Shown here: positions 61,098 through 64,000 of the stretch, in pieces | Numbering within the stretch: position 1 is the first letter of the stretch | How the letters are laid out: the number at the start of each line of letters is the position of its first letter | From: Octopus bimaculoides | Taxonomy: Eukaryota | Length of the DNA: 64,000 bases | Reading direction: 5' to 3' | Assembly (NCBI RefSeq): GCF_001194135.2 | Contig: NC_068985.1 | Span: 122,539,007-122,603,006, forward strand | Made by a program: the position numbers and the translations under genes | Notes under the pieces: generated by a model | What the model saw: only the letters and a program-made list of their open reading frames with translations | Databases searched by the model: none | What the model was told of the DNA's origin: nothing

Positions 61098-62701
61098 NNN
61101 NNNNNNNNNNNNNNNNNNNNNNNNNNNNNNNNNNNNNNNNNNNNNNNNNNNNNNNNNNNNNNNNNNNNNNNNNNNNNNNNNNNNNNNNNNNNNNNNNNNN
61201 NNNNNNNNNNNNNNNNNNNNNNNNNNNNNNNNNNNNNNNNNNNNNNNNNNNNNNNNNNNNNNNNNNNNNNNNNNNNNNNNNNNNNNNNNNNNNNNNNNNN
61301 NNNNNNNNNNNNNNNNNNNNNNNNNNNNNNNNNNNNNNNNNNNNNNNNNNNNNNNNNNNNNNNNNNNNNNNNNNNNNNNNNNNNNNNNNNNNNNNNNNNN
61401 NNNNNNNNNNNNNNNNNNNNNNNNNNNNNNNNNNNNNNNNNNNNNNNNNNNNNNNNNNNNNNNNNNNNNNNNNNNNNNNNNNNNNNNNNNNNNNNNNNNN
61501 NNNNNNNNNNNNNNNNNNNNNNNNNNNNNNNNNNNNNNNNNNNNNNNNNNNNNNNNNNNNNNNNNNNNNNNNNNNNNNNNNNNNNNNNNNNNNNNNNNNN
61601 NNNNNNNGCACTTATACCCACGCATGCACACATAAAATATACATATATAGAAATTAATATTGAAAAATAATAAATCCACATACAGGGCCCATATTATAGA
61701 TGACAGTTGAATATAAAATGATCTTCAATCAAAGTCCATTGTGTATGTGTGTGTGTAGAAAGTGTCCACATTTTGTAAATATATAATAATGACTACAGCT
61801 TGATAAACCATCAGTTTAATTTTTTGGGTAAATCTTTAAGTATTTGTTAGTATGCATGTCTATGTCTTTCATCATCATCGTTTAACGTCCGCTTTCCATG
61901 CTAGCATGGGTTGGACGATTTGACTGAGGACTGGTGAAACCGGATGGCAACACCAGGCTCCAGTCTGATTTGGCAGAGTTTCTACAGCTGGATGCCCTTC
62001 CTAACGCCAACCACTCAGAGAGTGTAGTGGGTGCTTTNNNNNNNNNNNNNNNNNNNNNNNNNNNNNNNNNNNNNNNNNNNNNNNNNNNNNNNNNNNNNNN
62101 NNNNNNNNNNNNNNNNNNNNNNNNNNNNNNNNNNNNNNNNNNNNNNNNNNNNNNNNNNNNNNNNNNNNNNNNNNNNNNNNNNNNNNNNNNNNNNNNNNNN
62201 NNNNNNNNNNNNNNNNNNNNNNNNNNNNNNNNNNNNNNNNNNNNNNNNNNNNNNNNNNNNNNNNNNNNNNNNNNNNNNNNNNNNNNNNNNNNNNNNNNNN
62301 NNNNNNNNNNNNNNNNNNNNNNNNNNNNNNNNNNNNNNNNNNNNNNNNNNNNNNNNNNNNNNNNNNNNNNNNNNNNNNNNNNNNNNNNNNNNNNNNNNNN
62401 NNNNNNNNNNNNNNNNNNNNNNNNNNNNNNNNNNNNNNNNNNNNNNNNNNNNNNNNNNNNNNNNNNNNNNNNNNNNNNNNNNNNNNNNNNNNNNNNNNNN
62501 NNNNNNNNNNNNNNNNNNNNNNNNNNNNNNNNNNNNNNNNNNNNNNNNNNNNNNNNNNNNNNNNNNNNNNNNNNNNNNNNNNNNNNNNNNNNNNNNNNNN
62601 NNNNNNNNNNNNNNNNNNNNNNNNNNNNNNNNNNNNNNNNNNNNNNNNNNNNNNNNNNNNNNNNNNNNNNNNNNNNNNNNNNNNNNNNNNNNNNNNNNNN
62701 N
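61098..62701. other. two large assembly gaps (61098-61608 and 62038-62701)
   Basis: N runs; either could hide the missing first PRKAR2 exon. Confidence 0.98.
61870..62037 (-). mobile_element. RTE 3'-tail repeat copy abutting a gap
   Basis: Differs from the copy at 40.8-41.0 kb by one base by eye. Confidence 0.85.
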
Positions 62702-62830
62702 TACACTTTCAGCGCACCCACCCCCACTACTAACTTGGTCGCCCAGATAGCGGAAGCTATCGACTACCTCTAGTTTTTCACCCTGGAATGAGATAGAAGT
62801 TGTTTCCTGTTTGTTTGCAGTCTTTATTGC

Positions 62831-62874
<44 letters not shown>

Positions 62875-62915
62875 GATTAAGGGGGCTAGATGCAATTTAA
62901 AATCCAAAAGAAAAA

Positions 62916-63116
62916 AATTCACCATCACTAAAAAGTGACTAGGGGTGCAGGGAGCACTGGCATTGCTAGAAATAAGAGTCAGAGACTACTTAGTCACAGA
63001 AAGCACATTTTCTATTTAACAGTTAAATGGAACATACTTTCTGTGACTAAGAAGTCTCTGACTCTTATTTCTAGTAATGCTGGTGCTCCTTGGACACTTT
63101 TTAGTGACAGTGAATT
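62916..63116. repeat. ~200-bp hairpin / MITE-like palindrome
   Basis: Inner stem 62951-63003 / 63037-63089 with 4 mismatches, plus an outer stem of about 24 bp. Confidence 0.9.
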
Positions 63117-63954
63117 ATATATATATGTATTTATATATATATGCAAACATACATTTACATTTATATGTATGTATGTATGTATGCATATGGAATCTCCTAT
63201 TCCTATTCTATGAAATGTCCATTGTACACAAGTGAAAAATATTTCATTGTGTTTTCCAGATAAATCTCCCTAATTTGTAATCTGAACTACTGAATTGTTG
63301 GAGGCATTCTTTGAAGTTTCTGGTTTTGAAGCCTTTGTCACTGAACTATTAATTCTTTCTAGTATTGACATTGCCACTTTTTACCATTTTATTTGCTATA
63401 CTGTTTTTGACAGAACTTCAAATTTGTTGGATAGTCATTTTGGATTTTTTGTAAGCCAGAATTGTTTCCTTCCAACGGTCGCATTTGATCTATATAATTT
63501 TGTAAGTGTTGTTTGTTTTTATCCTTTTATCTTTTAAGTATGAACTTTTATTGATCAGAATATATGTTATATGTTTATTCATTATTTGATTTTCTATATT
63601 ATTTTTAATCATTTAAAAAAAATACTTTATTCCTGCCTCCAACTGATTGGATTGATTTTTGGAATTTCCATTCATACACACACACATACACATTTTCCAA
63701 TGTCCTTGCATATTTCATAATTGAATTTCATTCATATTATTTTAATTGACTTTTTTCTGTCAGACTCTTGTAAGCACAAAGAAAGGGATATTAGGATAAT
63801 GGCAGACACACCACACACACACAGAGGCAAGTGGTTAAGAAGGTTGCTTTATAATTATGAGGTCCTTAAGTCTAAATCTCAGGATTCAGTTAGTTGAAGA
63901 ATGGCAGTGTCAGTCATTGAAACTGATGGACAGTCCATTAACTAACTTTCTGTT

Positions 63955-64000
<46 letters not shown>

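Noticed and set aside
53214-64000. Search for the RII D/D-domain first exon
   Set aside because: No IPxGL/LLQxFTV/AAxYF-like coding segment with a phase-1 donor was found by eye; it is probably outside the window or in a gap.

Overview
AT-rich, repeat-dense metazoan genomic window with several assembly gaps. The SINE/MITE families and microsatellite load suggest an octopus or other coleoid cephalopod (inference). The one host gene I can support is on the minus strand and is invisible to the ORF track: a type II regulatory subunit of cAMP-dependent protein kinase (PRKAR2 / Pka-R2). I reconstructed it by hand as 12 GT-AG coding exons (53178-53213 down to 7937-8067; 926 nt, phases all consistent). 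The product is ...[309 protein letters not shown] did not find the N-terminal dimerization/docking (D/D) exon; it may lie beyond the window or in a gap. The introns hold a full-length dead D,D34D mariner, a truncated DD36E Tc1-type element, RTE LINE remnants, tRNA-derived SINEs, piggyBac- and hAT-type MITEs, a probable Helitron, hammerhead-like Penelope remnants, mini/microsatellites and several long fold-back inverted repeats. I found no clearly new biological system. The best leads are possible D/D-less or poison-exon isoforms, intronic dsRNA fold-backs (possible A-to-I editing substrates), the DD36E transposon and a hammerhead-like motif.
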